Positions 63,608 to 64,000 of a stretch of 64,000 nt of DNA are shown piece after piece. This DNA comes from Eledone cirrhosa. Its lineage: Eukaryota. How positions within the stretch are numbered: the stretch's first letter is position 1; each line of letters starts with the position of its first letter. Under the pieces are notes generated by a model. The model ran no database searches and was not told the origin of the DNA. It saw only the letters and a program-made list of their open reading frames with translations. The DNA is taken from contig OZ024743.1 in the NCBI GenBank assembly GCA_964016885.1, positions 216,318,001-216,382,000 of the forward strand. The letters are read 5' to 3'. Position numbers and translations under genes: made by a program.

Positions 63608-64000
63608 ATATATATATAGCTATGTATGAGAGATATCGAGGCCACATCAATAATTTCATTTATATTTCAAGACATAGCATACAAACATACATATATACAC
63701 ACAATCATGCATACATGCACACATACAAACATACGTACGGACATATGTATACCCGGAGTTGATATTGCTGAACAATGTTGAACAGCAGTAGATTTTCTTC
63801 TTTTTTTTATGAAGTCATATTAGGTTTAATACAAAGCAACTGGATTTGACTTGGAGTTTCATCACGTCTTTCTAATTAGTTCTGCGATAGGTTTACCATT
63901 TGTTTTGTGAATTTATATCTCTTTCGTTTCTCCTAGGTGTGGCAAATAAAAGCAAAATCCTTAACAACTAATATCAGCAACAACATCTGTAACAACATAT

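Overview
Eukaryotic (animal) AT-rich, microsatellite-saturated DNA. Its SINE family and (TA)n/(CA)n load look like a cephalopod/Octopus-type genome (inference). I see no convincing host gene; nearly all short ORFs are microsatellite translations. The window is dominated by decayed Penelope-like retroelements (PLEs) with RT (DKT, YRDD), a CxCx5CP linker and a C-terminal GIY-YIG domain, i.e. Naiad-like, clustered at about 8.6-35.5 kb and 50-56 kb. Most are inserted into (TA)n as fold-back (inverted) structures. Reading the non-coding DNA by eye shows about 10 unrelated sequence families of type I hammerhead-ribozyme (HHR) motifs, roughly 25 copies. These include a family with a U3:A8 covariant core, one with a ~100-nt stem II, and a 468-bp tandem array with one HHR per monomer (retrozyme-like). 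Several unrelated families share one insertion geometry: (TA)n - long arm with tail - turn - short arm - (TA)n. Also present: RTE LINE fragments, two mariner relics, tRNA-derived SINEs and MITE-like inverted repeats. All folds and alignments were done by eye, and boundaries are approximate.
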